DNA from: Macrostomum hystrix
Lineage: Eukaryota; Animalia; Platyhelminthes
Reading direction: 5' to 3'
Assembly (NCBI GenBank): GCA_950097015.1
Contig: CATNEN010000007.1
Coordinates: 11,284,001-11,348,000, forward strand
Length of the DNA stretch: 64,000 nucleotides
A program made the translations under genes and the position numbers. This document shows positions 34,901 through 46,609 of this stretch, in pieces. The stretch's first letter is position 1. Each line of letters begins with the position of its first letter. The notes beneath the pieces were generated by a model that ran no database searches, was not told the origin of the DNA, and worked only from the letters and a program-made list of their open reading frames with translations.

Positions 34901-37900
34901 TGTCGCGGAATCCCTTGGCGAAAGGGTTGTTGTCGATCTTCAGCTGTGTGATCTGCGGGTCGGAGGGGCGGCAATGGCCGGTTCAGACTGGACTCTCAGC
35001 ACCCGGGGTGACCGAGTTCGAATCCGTGAAAAATTGCGCTAACGAGAGAGGAGGAGAGAGATGTCAACGAGGGACCTGTAATTCCCAAAAACATCTGTAA
35101 ACAGCCTCCCAGCATGTTCGAGCTGAGTTATGGGAACAAACTCCCAACTCATGAAGAGGGAAGGAAAAAAAAGAGCCTCGCGCAGCTCTCGGTGCTAACG
35201 AGATGTCTGTCAAAATGTTTTTTTCTTGCAGGCGGGCGGGCAGGTGGCGGGGCTGGCACCGCGGCCGCCAGCAGGTGCCGGCAGAAATTCACAGCTTCCC
35301 CGAGCCTCATTAAAATTTCACGTTGAGCGGGGTGTCACGAACTCGCCTGCGCCCCGCCAGTTATTTTTTTGCGCTGTTTCAAAAAAACTTTTCTCCCGTA
35401 AAATTTGGTGATTTTGTAATTAATTTAGCCTGGCGAGTGTTTCACCTGCATTTCATCTGCATTCTTGAGCTCATGTTGAAGAGTCCGGCCGTGACTGGCA
35501 CTGACTCAACACAGATCCCATTTTGTTTGTTGATCCCAACGGGAAATATCTACAGGTATTGTATTGCGTGCAGCCCAAATCCCAGCCATAGCTCACCTTC
35601 TCGTTCTGGTAGGCCGTGACTGCAATAAATTCTGTCTCCTTGAACTGGTGAGTCTCCACCTGGCACCAGGGCAGCTTGGCCAGGTCGTCAGCGCGTACCA
35701 GGTGGAATCTGGTGCGGTACTTGTGCATGCTGTTCAGGACCGTCTGCAGATTGGCAGGGATTGAGGCCTAATCACTCAAGCACCACCGATTCACGGTCCC
35801 TGACCACCGATTCACGATCCCTGACCACCGATTCACGATCCCTGACCACCGATTCACGATCCCTGACCACCGATTCACGATCCCTAACCACCGATTCACG
35901 ATCCCTAACCACCGATTCACGATCCCTGACCACCGATTCACGATCCCTGACCACGATTCACGATCCCTAACCACCGATTCACGATCCCTGACCACCGATT
36001 CACGATCCCTGACCACGATTCACGATCCCTAACCACCGATTCACGATCCCTGACCACCGATTCACGATCCCTGACCACCGATTCACGATCCCTGACCACG
36101 ATTCACGATCCCTAACCACCGATTCACGATCCCTGACCACCGATTCACGATCCCTGACCACGATTCACGATCAAATGGGCAGTGAGTCAAAGTCCCGCAG
36201 CTCACATATCCGTGCTTGTCGGCAATGTTGTTGGTTAGCTTGAGCTTGTGAAAGGAGATCACTTTGCTCATCCACTGCTCTCCGGCCGCCGGACTGTCCG
36301 GGTGGATGTACATCCGCTTGGCCGGCTCCGGGTCCGCCTTGCCGGCCACCGTCCACTTGCCCGAGTGAAATTTGTACCGGTTCTCATCGCAGGGCACCAC
36401 GTCCATCAGCAGGATGTACTTTGACTTCGGGTCCAGGCCGCTGATGCGCAGTTTGAAGGCCGGGAACATGCGCCTGCGGGTGGCGCGGAGATTGGAGAAG
36501 ACTAGAGTAGAGTGTAGTAGAGTGGAGTAGAGTGGAGTAGAGTGGGGTAGAGTGGAGTAGAGTGGGGTAGAGTGGAGTAGAGTGGGGTAGAGTGGAGTAG
36601 AGTGGGGTAGAGTGGAGTAGAGTGGGGTAGAGTGGAGTAGAGTGGGGTAGAGTGGAGTAGAGTGGGGTAGAGTGGAGTAGAGTGGGGTAGAGTGGAGTAG
36701 AGTGGGGTAGAGTGGAGTAGAGTGGGGTAGAGTGGAGGAGTTACTATTGCAGACAGCAGGACAAACCGTGCGCTATCAGGTTCAAGTGCTAATTCCCAAT
36801 CTGCTAAGCTGCTAACTTAACACGTGCAGTGACTGAGGCAACTGACAAACCTGACTACCAATGTGACAGACTGACACACAGGTCTGCGGTGTCACTGCCC
36901 CCACTGACGGCACGCCCACTGCTACAGTGCGCCGCTGTGCTATCTGATTTATCCCTGTTTTGAGTTGTCACTTGCTCAAGCTTTCTGGTTGGGGGTTGGG
37001 CCGATTTGCACAGATTGCTCAGTTTGATAAGACTGCTCACACAACTGATGCTTTCTCAATGGTTATTCCAGATTTGCAATGTAACGGAACTTACTTCATT
37101 GGGAGGGGCACTGCAGACTGATTGACAGCTAGCTGGGCATATAATCAGCTGAGCTGATAGTGAGAAGTAGACGACAGGTAGGGATAGTAGCCAAATTTTT
37201 AGGCAAACCAAGCAAAAAAGTAGGAAAACTTTAGAACAGTATTGGAGTTGAGACAGAGGAGTTGATATAGGGTAAAGTGGAGACAGGGTAGAGTGGAGAC
37301 AGGGTAGAGTGGAGACAGGGTAGAGTGGAGACAGGGTAGAGTGGAGACAGGGTAGAGTGGAGACAGGGTAGAGTGGAGACAGGGTAGAGTGGAGACAGGG
37401 TAGAGTGGAGACAGGGTAGAGTGGAGACAGGGTAGAGTGGAGACAGGGTAGAGTGGAGACAGGGTAGAGTGGAGACAGGGTAGAGTGGAGACAGGGTAGA
37501 GTGGAGACAGGGTAGAGTGGAGACAGGGTAGAGTGGAGACAGGGTAGAGTGGAGACAGGGTAGAGTGGAGACAGGGTAGAGTGGAGACAGGGTAGAGTGG
37601 AGACAGGGTAGAGTGGAGACAGGGTAGAGTGGAGACAGGGTAGAGTGGAGACAGGGTAGAGTGGAGACAGGGTAGAGTGGAGACAGGGTAGAGTGGAGAC
37701 AGGGTAGAGTGGAGACAGGGTAGAGTGGAGACAGGGTAGAGTGGAGACAGGGTAGAGTGGAGACAGGGTAGAGTGGAGACAGGGTAGCATTGTGACAGAC
37801 ATGAATATTGAATTGAGCCAAGCCGGGTCTGATTGCAATCTGTGAGCTGTGTCAAATGGTTGCGCAAGCTCGCGGGGCATGATTAACCCCTAGCCCTGCA

Positions 37901-38289
37901 GAGATCGCTGAGATAAGGCGGTGGGAATCGTGTCTGTGAGCTGTGGGAACAATGGCCACTGTTTGGGGCACGGATGTAGCAACCGCTGGCCTCTTTATTA
38001 TTGAAGATTCTCGAGCTGCCCATTGTCGCGGTTGTTGATTTAAAAAAGCAGCCTTGCATGCATGGAGGCGATATTCGCGAAAATCTCTTTGAGGGACTTG
38101 TCATCCCGCGGCGGCTCATCTTCAAGCCCTCCTTGCCTGGCCTCTTTGTCCGCCCAGTCATCCAGGTGTGCTCTGCTCAAATCGGTGATTTTTTATTCGG
38201 CTGCAGTTGCTATGCGACTTCTGTGCGGCCACTTAACTACAGGATTCGAAAGAATTTTCTGCGCTGAATTCGAGTTTTTTGCGGGTGTC

Positions 38290-38329
<40 letters not shown>

Positions 38330-39406
38330 GGCTGCTGCTTCACTGAAGATTCACGGCAAACACTCGCGTCTCGAGTTGAGAGATTAAAAAAGACGAACGG
38401 CAAAAGGATGCCTTTGTAGTTGAATTGAAGAGGCCTTCACAACCTCAGCAACTGCTCCATCAATTGTCTTAAATTAAAGAGCTCAATTTGTGTCCCATCA
38501 GATCTAATAAGCAAGTGGCTTTTCAACTGCTCCTCATCTTAGTGTTATAGATCCGATATTTGCAGGGTACATATAAGATTTACCTGATTTGCTATTGTAA
38601 ACTTTTATATCATATAAATAATTTCAGATTTGATGGTGCTAGTTACAGATCTATAGGCGGTGGGAGTTACAGATCTATAGGCGTGGGAGTTACAGATCTA
38701 TAGGCGGTGGGAGTTACAGATCTATAGGCGTGGGAGTTACAGATCTATAGGCGTGGGAGTTACAGATCTATAGGCGGTGGGAGTTACAGATCTATAGGCG
38801 GTGCTAGTTACAGATCTATAGGCGTGGGAGTTTCAGATCTATAGGCGTGGGAGTTACAGATATATAGGCGTGGGAGTTACAGATCTATAGGCGTGGGAGT
38901 TACAGATCTATCGGCGTGGGAGTTACAGATCTATCGGCGTGGGAGTTACAGATCTATAGGCGTGGGAGTTACAGATCTATAGGCGTGGGAGTTACAGATC
39001 TATAGGCGTGGGAGTTACAGATCTATTGACGGTCTTCTCACCTGCCGGACTTGGTGATGACCATCTCTGTGCCCAGCTCGTAGAACTGCCTCCACAGCGG
39101 CAGCTCCGCCAGCTCCACCTCCGGGCTGTCCTTTTTCCGCACGGCCTTCTCCTCGTCGCGAATCTGCTGCAGGTACTGCGGCGTGACGCTGGGCGGCAGC
39201 GGGAACTGGCCGCCCATGTGCTGGTAGGTCTGCAGCAGCTGGTCGGACGACAGCCGCCAGCCGCCGGCGCCGCCTCCGCCGGCGCTGCCGTTGATGCCGC
39301 CGGGAAAGCCGCCAGGCAAGCTGAATGGCGCCGGCAGGCCGAATCGGGAGCTCCAGAAGGCGGACTGGCGAGCCCCGCTGGGCGAAGCGAATGGCGAGTC
39401 GAACAT
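28996..39406 (-). CDS. Tbx2/3: T-box transcription factor, Tbx2/3 (omb) subfamily; 6 exons
   Basis: Exons (minus strand): 39406-39042, 36473-36206, 35743-35597, 34952-34873, 33277-33150, 29747-28996, with matching splice phases. T-box motifs [72 protein letters not shown] and [19 protein letters not shown]. The last two exons are low-complexity and were assigned from splice phase and acceptor quality. Confidence 0.92.
33293..34005. repeat. Minisatellite, 17-bp unit GATTATCGGGACTCTTG, ~42 copies (Tbx intron 4)
   Basis: Direct reading; ends ~14 nt from the splice acceptor. Confidence 0.97.
35781..36171. repeat. Minisatellite, 21-bp unit ACCACCGATTCACGATCCCTG (Tbx intron 2)
   Basis: Direct reading. 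Confidence 0.96.
36503..36738. repeat. 10/20-bp repeat GTAGAGTGGA / GTAGAGTGGG (Tbx intron 1)
   Basis: Direct reading. Confidence 0.95.
37268..37786. repeat. Minisatellite, 16-bp unit GGTAGAGTGGAGACAG, ~32 near-perfect copies (Tbx intron 1)
   Basis: Direct reading. Confidence 0.97.
38291..38340. repeat. (CTG)n microsatellite
   Basis: Direct reading. Confidence 0.9.
38634..39025. repeat. Minisatellite, 23/24-bp unit AGTTACAGATCTATAGGCGTGGG (Tbx intron 1)
   Basis: Direct reading; begins ~16 nt from the donor. Confidence 0.96.
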
Positions 39407-39439
39407 GGCAGGCTCTGAAAGTTCGTCTTCTGTCTGGCT

Positions 39440-39600
39440 GCAGGTGGGCGGCCTTCCGAATTTCTGGTAGCGCTGGGCCGCCGTCGCTCGCTCTATTATT
39501 CTGCTCAGCCCCGAACTGGCCGGATCTTCGCGTGGCCCCGGCTGGCCCTATTGGCTGTGCCGGCCCGGCTGCTCCCATTGGTTCGCGGTGAGCAGATTCA
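39440..39600 (-). promoter_or_regulatory. Putative Tbx2/3 proximal promoter
   Basis: Two CCAAT boxes on the minus strand (~39550, ~39576) and a GGGCGG at ~39446, in CpG-rich DNA just upstream of the ATG. Confidence 0.35.
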
Positions 39601-40427
39601 GCCAACCCCCACTCCGCTCCAGAAAGCAGCCGCCGCGGCTGCTCCAAGTCAAGCCGGGTCCCACCCCACCCTCCGCTCAGCCCGAAAGGCGCCGCTCTGG
39701 CTGACAAGGCAGGCGGGCTGGGCTGCCGGGCACCGCTGTGAGCTGAGCTACCAGATCATAAAACTGTCACTGTAATGCCACCATCATCGCGCGCTCTCCC
39801 GGCACAGAAGAGGCAATTTTCTTTTCTTGTCCACTTAAACCTTGACAAGAACACTTGTCAGGCGCCTCTGGCCTGTCTAAGAGGCGCATCGGCGGGGAGA
39901 GGCCGTTGCTGCTGCCGCAGCCGCTTGCTCTGGTTCGAGCAGGCAGACAGACAGGCGGGCAGCGGAGGGCGGGGAACAATGGGCTTCTCAGGCAAGTGGG
40001 ACAGGGAGACATTCGCACGAGACTAACAGAGCCGCAGGTCCGCGCCTAATTTGCCGCTTTTGATGAAGCCACGCTCGGTGGATGTGTAAAATTGTATGTT
40101 TTACAGCTTGTCAGACTCTCTGGCACCGGCCCCAGAGCAATGATTGAGCAAGCTCGACCCCGGGGCCAACCCCACCTGCCCGCCCGACCCAATGGCCCAG
40201 CTTGCCTGCTGCGGCTATTCAAGCGCCTGGGCGCGACATTGGCGCCAGGCAGATGCCTGAGCCTGATAATAAGGCCTGTTAGAGAATTCCCAAAGCACTG
40301 CGGCCTCACCTGACCCAGTTGGCCATGCAGGTGCTGAAAACACGAAAACAAAATGTTGCTTTTTGTCTGAGTATTAAACTCTGCGTTTCCTGATTTTATT
40401 TGCTCATTGCATAGTAAAACTGCATAG

Positions 40428-40820
40428 TGCTGACACCCTCCCGACTCTCCTGTCAGATCCACTGCTGACACCCTCCCGACTCTCTTGTCAGATCCACTGC
40501 TGACACCCTCCCGACTCTCTTGTCAGATCCACTGCTGACACCCTCCCGACTCTCTTGTCAGATCCACTGCTGACACCCTCCCGACTCTCTTGTCAGATCC
40601 ACTGCTGACACCCTCCCGACTCTCTTGTCAGATCCACAGCTGACACCCTCCCGACTCTCTTGTCAGATCCACAGCTGACACCCTCCCGACTCTCTTGTCA
40701 GATCCACAGCTGACACCCTCCCGACTCTCTTGTCAGATCCACAGCTGACACCCTCCCGACTCTCTTGTCAGATCCACAGCTGACACCTCCCGACTCTCTT
40801 GTCAGATCCACAGCTGACAC
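40428..40820. repeat. Minisatellite, 35-bp unit TGACACCCTCCCGACTCTCTTGTCAGATCCACTGC, ~11 copies
   Basis: Direct reading. Confidence 0.96.
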
Positions 40821-41884
40821 CCGGGTTGTGATTGAGTATGAATTGCGGCAGTCACAATGATAATGCATTTGGCAGCAGGAGCAATTTTCTTCGGTTTCCG
40901 GGGACATCCGGGGACATTGTCATGGGGCAGGAGAGGCCTTTAACGTTGGTTTAGCATGCAAGCCTATGCTGCTGAGCTATTGATTGACCATTGCTCTGTT
41001 TGAACACTTGCCTGTCCTGATCAAACAAGCTCCAATGCCGCGCCTGTTTGGGATTTCTCAAGGCGGATAATAAAAGGGAATATAAACTCACACTTGAACT
41101 TTGAGCACCCAGCGAAGGTGAGTTTGCGAAAGCGGGACCGGCAAGTCCTGACCAAGGATGGACCGGGATTGTCTGCGGGCCTTGACAACAAGACGGTACA
41201 GAGTGGAAAAGCATGCAAATCTTTTAAAGCGATAATATCTACCCCCATATTGCGAGTTACAGATCCCATAATACTAATCCCCATTGAGCACAGCTGGTAC
41301 ACTGAGGCTTGAGCATGTGGGCTGTAAAATGCATTGAGTAGCCCGGGCAGCCTTTAATCTGATAATGTAGTGCTAACAACAACAACACCATGCTAGGGCC
41401 TGCCCAGTGTTTGCGGACAAAGAGATCCGACATTTTACACATGCTCAAACAATGACCAGCACCCCATAGACAGGCAGGGTGGCCAGGCCAGCTTGTTGCA
41501 CAACTTGTGCAATAGTCAGTGCGGCACAATATCCAAGCTGAGCCGCGTCACATTGCAGCTTATCGGCTGCTGTGCGCCTGTTGCGCCACGATTCTCACAT
41601 CCAACTCAATCCGATAGAATCACCTTCTGAGCATGCCATCAATTATTGTGCCTGCAGGTGTTAGTCGAATCGGGCTTTTTGTAATAAGCTTAGCACCTAG
41701 GAACTAAAGTCTGAGCAGGCTAAATTGTCCGCTGATAATTGGTGGCTGTTAAATTTGACACGAGGCCGTGTGTTTATGGCACTTTGTCATTACCACTTGC
41801 GTAACTCACTAAGTGTAGTCATGCGAGATGCTTGTTTATTGTTTCAACATGAATTTCTATATCCATGTGACACTTGCAGTAATG

Positions 41885-42211
41885 GGTAGTGAAGGGAGAC
41901 CGCAGGTAGTGAATGAAGAAAGCAGGTAGTGAATGAAGACAGCAGGTAGTGAAGGGAGACCGCAGGTAGTGAAGGGAGACAGCAGGTAGTGAAGGAAGAC
42001 AGCAGGTAGTGAATGAAGACAGCAGGTAGTGAAGGGAGACAGCAGGTAGTGAAGGGAGACAGCAGGTAGTGAATGAAGACAGCAGGTAGTGAAGGGAGAC
42101 AACAGGTAGTGAAGGGAGACAACAGGTAGTGAAGGGAGACAACAGGTAGTGAAGCAAGACAGCAGGTAGTGAAGGAAGACAGCAGATAGTGAAGGAAGAC
42201 AGCAGGTAGTG
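41885..42211. repeat. Minisatellite, 20-bp unit AGCAGGTAGTGAAGGGAGAC, ~16 copies
   Basis: Direct reading. Confidence 0.95.
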
Positions 42212-44202
42212 TCAACCAAAGCCATAAAATGTCAACCCGAGAAGCCACGAGCCCTGCGGCTGTCATTGAAATCGCTGAAGTGCTGAAGCCTGCAGTCGTA
42301 TTTCTGCAAGCGTATCGAAGGTTTCGCATATGCCTAGAGGCAGGTTTCGAAATTCTCTACACCGCGATTCAGACCGAGCGGCACAGACAGCTAGCTCACT
42401 TCTGTCGCAATAAAAATTGTAAAGCCAGCTTTGATACAGACAAGCCCTGGCCAGGCCTTACTCAACATATCGGCTCGCATGAACGGTGCGAATAGTTCCG
42501 AGAGAGCACAGACAGGGTCACGGCGCCGCTATCGTCTGACGCGGGAGAGGACCTGGCGGCTTTCCCGTCAAGGCCAGCGCTGCAGTGCCGCAGCTGAGCT
42601 GCTTCGGCAGCCGCTCACGCAGAAGCCACTTTGACAAGGAGGAGTGCGCCGGTGATAGGGGGGACTCACCGTCTCAGGCGTGGACCTGCCAACCCCAGCC
42701 GCCGTCACCGCCCGCAGACGGCGCCGCCCGTCGCGCCAAAAATCGCCGTGGGGTGGCGGGGCTGTTTGTGGTGGTGGGGGGGGGGAGCTGGCACTGAGAG
42801 CTCATGCTGAGTGCCGCGGCTGAGGGTGGGTGGGGCTTTTGAACTGCAGCCCCCGCTCCGGTGACCACAACACTGAGCGAGACAGCTACGGGACTTGGCG
42901 GGAGGGAGGGGTGGCGGCTGGTGCTGCCAGCATGCAGCCAGCCGTGATAAGCAGCATTGACGCAGGTGAGAAAGTGGCGCCGATTGACAAGGCTCCTGCA
43001 GCGCCCCTTCTCACTCCACGCTAGACTCACAGACTGCCGGGCCCGCAGTGTTAACGCGCCTGCTGAGCTGCCAGGGGTGGGCGGACAAGCCGCGCCATGC
43101 CAGAGGAGGGCAACACTGCAGGTCGGGCGGCGGCGGCGGCGGCAAAAGCAGCAGCAGCAGCAGTTGACGGGACGCGCGGGAACAGGGGGGCTGCGGTGTG
43201 TGCGCATGCGTGCGTGCGGCTTGCGTGTGACAGGGCGACTTGACGGCTGCGCCTGCCCTTCCTCATCCACAGCTGCCCTACCAGCTCTCATTGAAATCAG
43301 GAACTGCGACTTTGGCTGTGATATGCATCGGCCCGGGCCGTGCGCAGCTTGGCAAACGCGAGTGCCTGGCGGGCAGGGGGCCGTGTCGCCGTCCGAAGGC
43401 AGCGGGTCTCGAAACTGGTGCAGGAGGCAGTCTGCAGGTGCGGCAGTCGCCAAGCGCGGTACTCAATGCTGAATCGGCTGCAGACAGACGGAAGTGGTCG
43501 GGGTGGGTGCTGAACTCCTTCGCGATTTCCAATTGAAATTTGAAACAATAAAAAGCCCACAGCCTGATTAAAATTGCTTCTCAGCAGAAACAGGCGGGCG
43601 GTGACAGGGGAGACCCTGCAGCTTTGACGTGACAGCTCATGCCGCCGTGGCTGAGCAGTCCGCTCTAGCAATTAATTTGCAAAGTGATTTTCTTTGACAA
43701 AAATTCCACAGAAAGGGGAAACAAAGACGGCGCAGCCAGACGGGCGTCTCCAAGCTGTCGAGTCTGATGCCCGCCAGTTTAAAAAATTCTTTCACTTGTC
43801 AATCTCATTTTTTTAATTGGTTCGGCTGTAAGCTGCAGCAATGAGTCTGCTCACGTGAGCACTGGTTCCTAATACCTTCCCGGCGCACGCTGATGATAGG
43901 GCTAACATTTTCCACAAGCCCCGCGAACAAGTCTCACTTCGACGATACAGAAATTGACAGTACGACAGTACTTGTAGATATAAATAAATGAGCATCACTC
44001 TACTCAAAGTAGGGATCTAAGAAAACCGAAATTCTAGGTATCAGCCTAATTGCATACGAGCGAAAGAAAAATAGGAGCTTTTAGTCTATGGCAAATGTAC
44101 AGCGCAATAGCCTGCGAGTGCGAGAGAGCCTACTGGGCTAAAATAAAATGTTTGCTTGATTCTCAGTCGGCATCGCACGAAACAAGTGAAAGTTGTCAAT
44201 AT

Positions 44203-45866
44203 GACACTGATGAGTGAGAATCTCAACGTGAGACACTGGTGGGTAGAGTCTCAAGGTGAGACACTGGTGGGTAGAGTCTCAAGGTGAGACACTGGTGGGT
44301 GAGAGTCTCAAGGTGAGACACTGATGAGTGAGAATCTCAACGTGAGACACTCATGAGTGAGAATCTCAACGTGAGACACTGGTGGGTGAGAGTCTCAAGG
44401 TGAGACACTGGTGGGTGAGAGTCTCAAGGTTAGACACTGATGAGTGAGAATCTCAACGTGAGACACTCATGAGTGAGAATCTCAACGTGAGACACTGATG
44501 AGTGAGAATCTCAACGTGAGACACTGGTGGGTGAGAGTCTCAAGGTGAGACACTAATGAGTGAGAATCTCAACGTGAGACACTGATGAGTGAGAATCTCA
44601 ACGTGAGACACTGGTGGGTGAGAGTCTCAAGGTGAGACACTGGTGGGTGAGTTCTCAAGGTGAGACACTGGTGGGTGAGAGTCTCAAGGTGAGACACTGG
44701 TGGGTGAGAGTCTCAAGGTGAGACACTGGTGGGTGAGAGTCTCAAGGTGAGACACTGGTGGGTGAGATTTTTCTAGGTGAGACACTAGTTGGTGAGAGTC
44801 TCAAGGTGAGACACTGGTGGTTTCTAAAGGTGAGACACTGGTGGGTGAGTTCTCAAGGTGAGACACTGGTGGGTGAGTTCTCAGGGTGAGACACTGGTGA
44901 GTGAGAATCTCAACGTGAGACACAGGTGGGTGAGAGTCTCAAGGTGAGACACTGGTGGGTGAGAGTCTCAAGGTGAGACACTGGTGGGTGAGTTCTCAGG
45001 GTGAGACACTGGTGGGTGAGTTCTCAGGGTGAGACACTGGTGGGTGAGTTCTCAGGGTGAGACACTGGTGGGTGAGTTCTCAGGGTGAGACACTGGTGGG
45101 TGAGTTCTCAGGGTGAGACACTGGTGGGTGAGTTCTCAAGGTGAGACACTGGTGGGTGAGTTCTCAGGGTGAGACACTGGTGAGTGAGAATCTCAACGTG
45201 AGACACAGGTGGGTGAGAGTCTCAAGGTGAGACACTGGTGGGTGAGTTCTCAAGGTGAGACACTGGTGAGTGAGAATCTCAACGTGAGACACAGGTGGGT
45301 GAGAGTCTCAAGGTGAGACACTGGTGGGTGAGTTCTCAAGGTGAGACACTGGTGGGTGAGAGTCTCAAGGTGAGACACTGGTGGGTGAGATTTTTCTAGG
45401 TGAGACACTAGTTGGTGAGAGTCTCAAGGTGAGACACTGGTGGTTTCTAAAGGTGAGACACTGGTGGGTGAGAGTCTCAAGGTGAGACACTGGTGGGTGA
45501 GTTCTCAGGGTGAGACACTGGTGAGTGAGAATCTCAACGTGAGACACAGGTGGGTGAGAGTCTCAAGGTGAGACACTGGTGGGTGAGAGTCTCAAGGTGA
45601 GACACTGGTGGGTGAGTTCTCAGGGTGAGACACTGGTGGGTGAGTTCTCAGGGTGAGACACTGGTGGGTGAGTTCTCAGGGTGAGACACTGGTGGGTGAG
45701 TTCTCAGGGTGAGACACTGGTGGGTGAGTTCTCAGGGTGAGACACTGGTGGGTGAGTTCTCAGGGTGAGACACTGGTGGGTGAGTTCTCAGGGTGAGACA
45801 CTGGTGGGTGAGTTCTCAGGGTGAGACACTGGTGGGTGAGTTCTCAGGGTGAGACACTGGTGGGTG
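44203..45866. repeat. Minisatellite, 28/29-bp unit GTGAGACACTGGTGGGTGAGAGTCTCAAG, with a higher-order duplication
   Basis: Direct reading. Confidence 0.97.
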
Positions 45867-46609
45867 CGTCACCCTGTAATCAAAAGAGCAAATCAGAATG
45901 CTGCCGCACACCAGTTTGTAAGTCATTATTAACACAGTGAATGATTATATTTTCACTATCAAGAAACAAAATTTCGGAGGTTCTCGGAGCATGACAGTAA
46001 ATGTAATTGAAACCCATGCAGGCTAAAAATTATTGATAGATTGATACAGCAAATTATATTTTTGCATAGGGCTGACAGCATCTGGTGCTGTACCACAGAA
46101 GAGCTAAAGATGGGTTAAACATAGCTGACATAAGAAACGTCAGCTCGCTTGGAATGTTCTGTCTCAGGCAGAGAGTACATAAGAGGTTTCATTTGGACAA
46201 AACAAAGTTTCATTAACTGATTCAGCAACCAGAATTGGAATGGACAGAAGGCTCAATATATACACGGAATGTAGTCCAATATTAACCATGCAAAATGTTT
46301 ACTCGGCAAAAAGGTTTCAATAAAAAATAGCAGCAGACGCCTGCGCGAATAAAGCACCTTGCCAAACGATGCTCGCTCAGCCAGTGTTTCACGGCATGCG
46401 CGCTTTGCCTACTGTCAGTAGCATGATAAAGAATAAGCAGGCATTATTTGCTTTCTTCGTTAATAAAAGGGACGCTAAAAGGCGAAAGGTTTGCTGTCGG
46501 ATGGTGCGGAGTCGCGGAATGAGGGCAAAGTCAAAGAAAGCTTGCGAAAAGCAGAAGTTAGCATTAAAAATAGCTTGTGGAAAAGCAGCGAAGCAGATCG
46601 CTGCCCGCA

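Noticed and set aside
1294-39406. HS6ST, tolloid and Tbx2/3 as a functional BMP-pathway gene cluster
   Set aside because: All three have links to BMP/Dpp signalling in other animals, but adjacency alone is weak evidence without conserved synteny or co-expression data.
40950-41660. Possible decayed coding or transposon sequence
   Set aside because: Short ORFs on both strands with no motif I can recognise.
42585-43671. GC-rich ORFs upstream of Tbx2/3
   Set aside because: ORFs of this length are expected by chance at this GC content and show no domain; more likely regulatory sequence.
44203-45866. Arrays of 28-35 bp partly palindromic units resembling CRISPR repeats (also 40428 and 3396)
   Set aside because: Units are head-to-tail with no unique spacers, there are no cas genes, and the context is eukaryotic.
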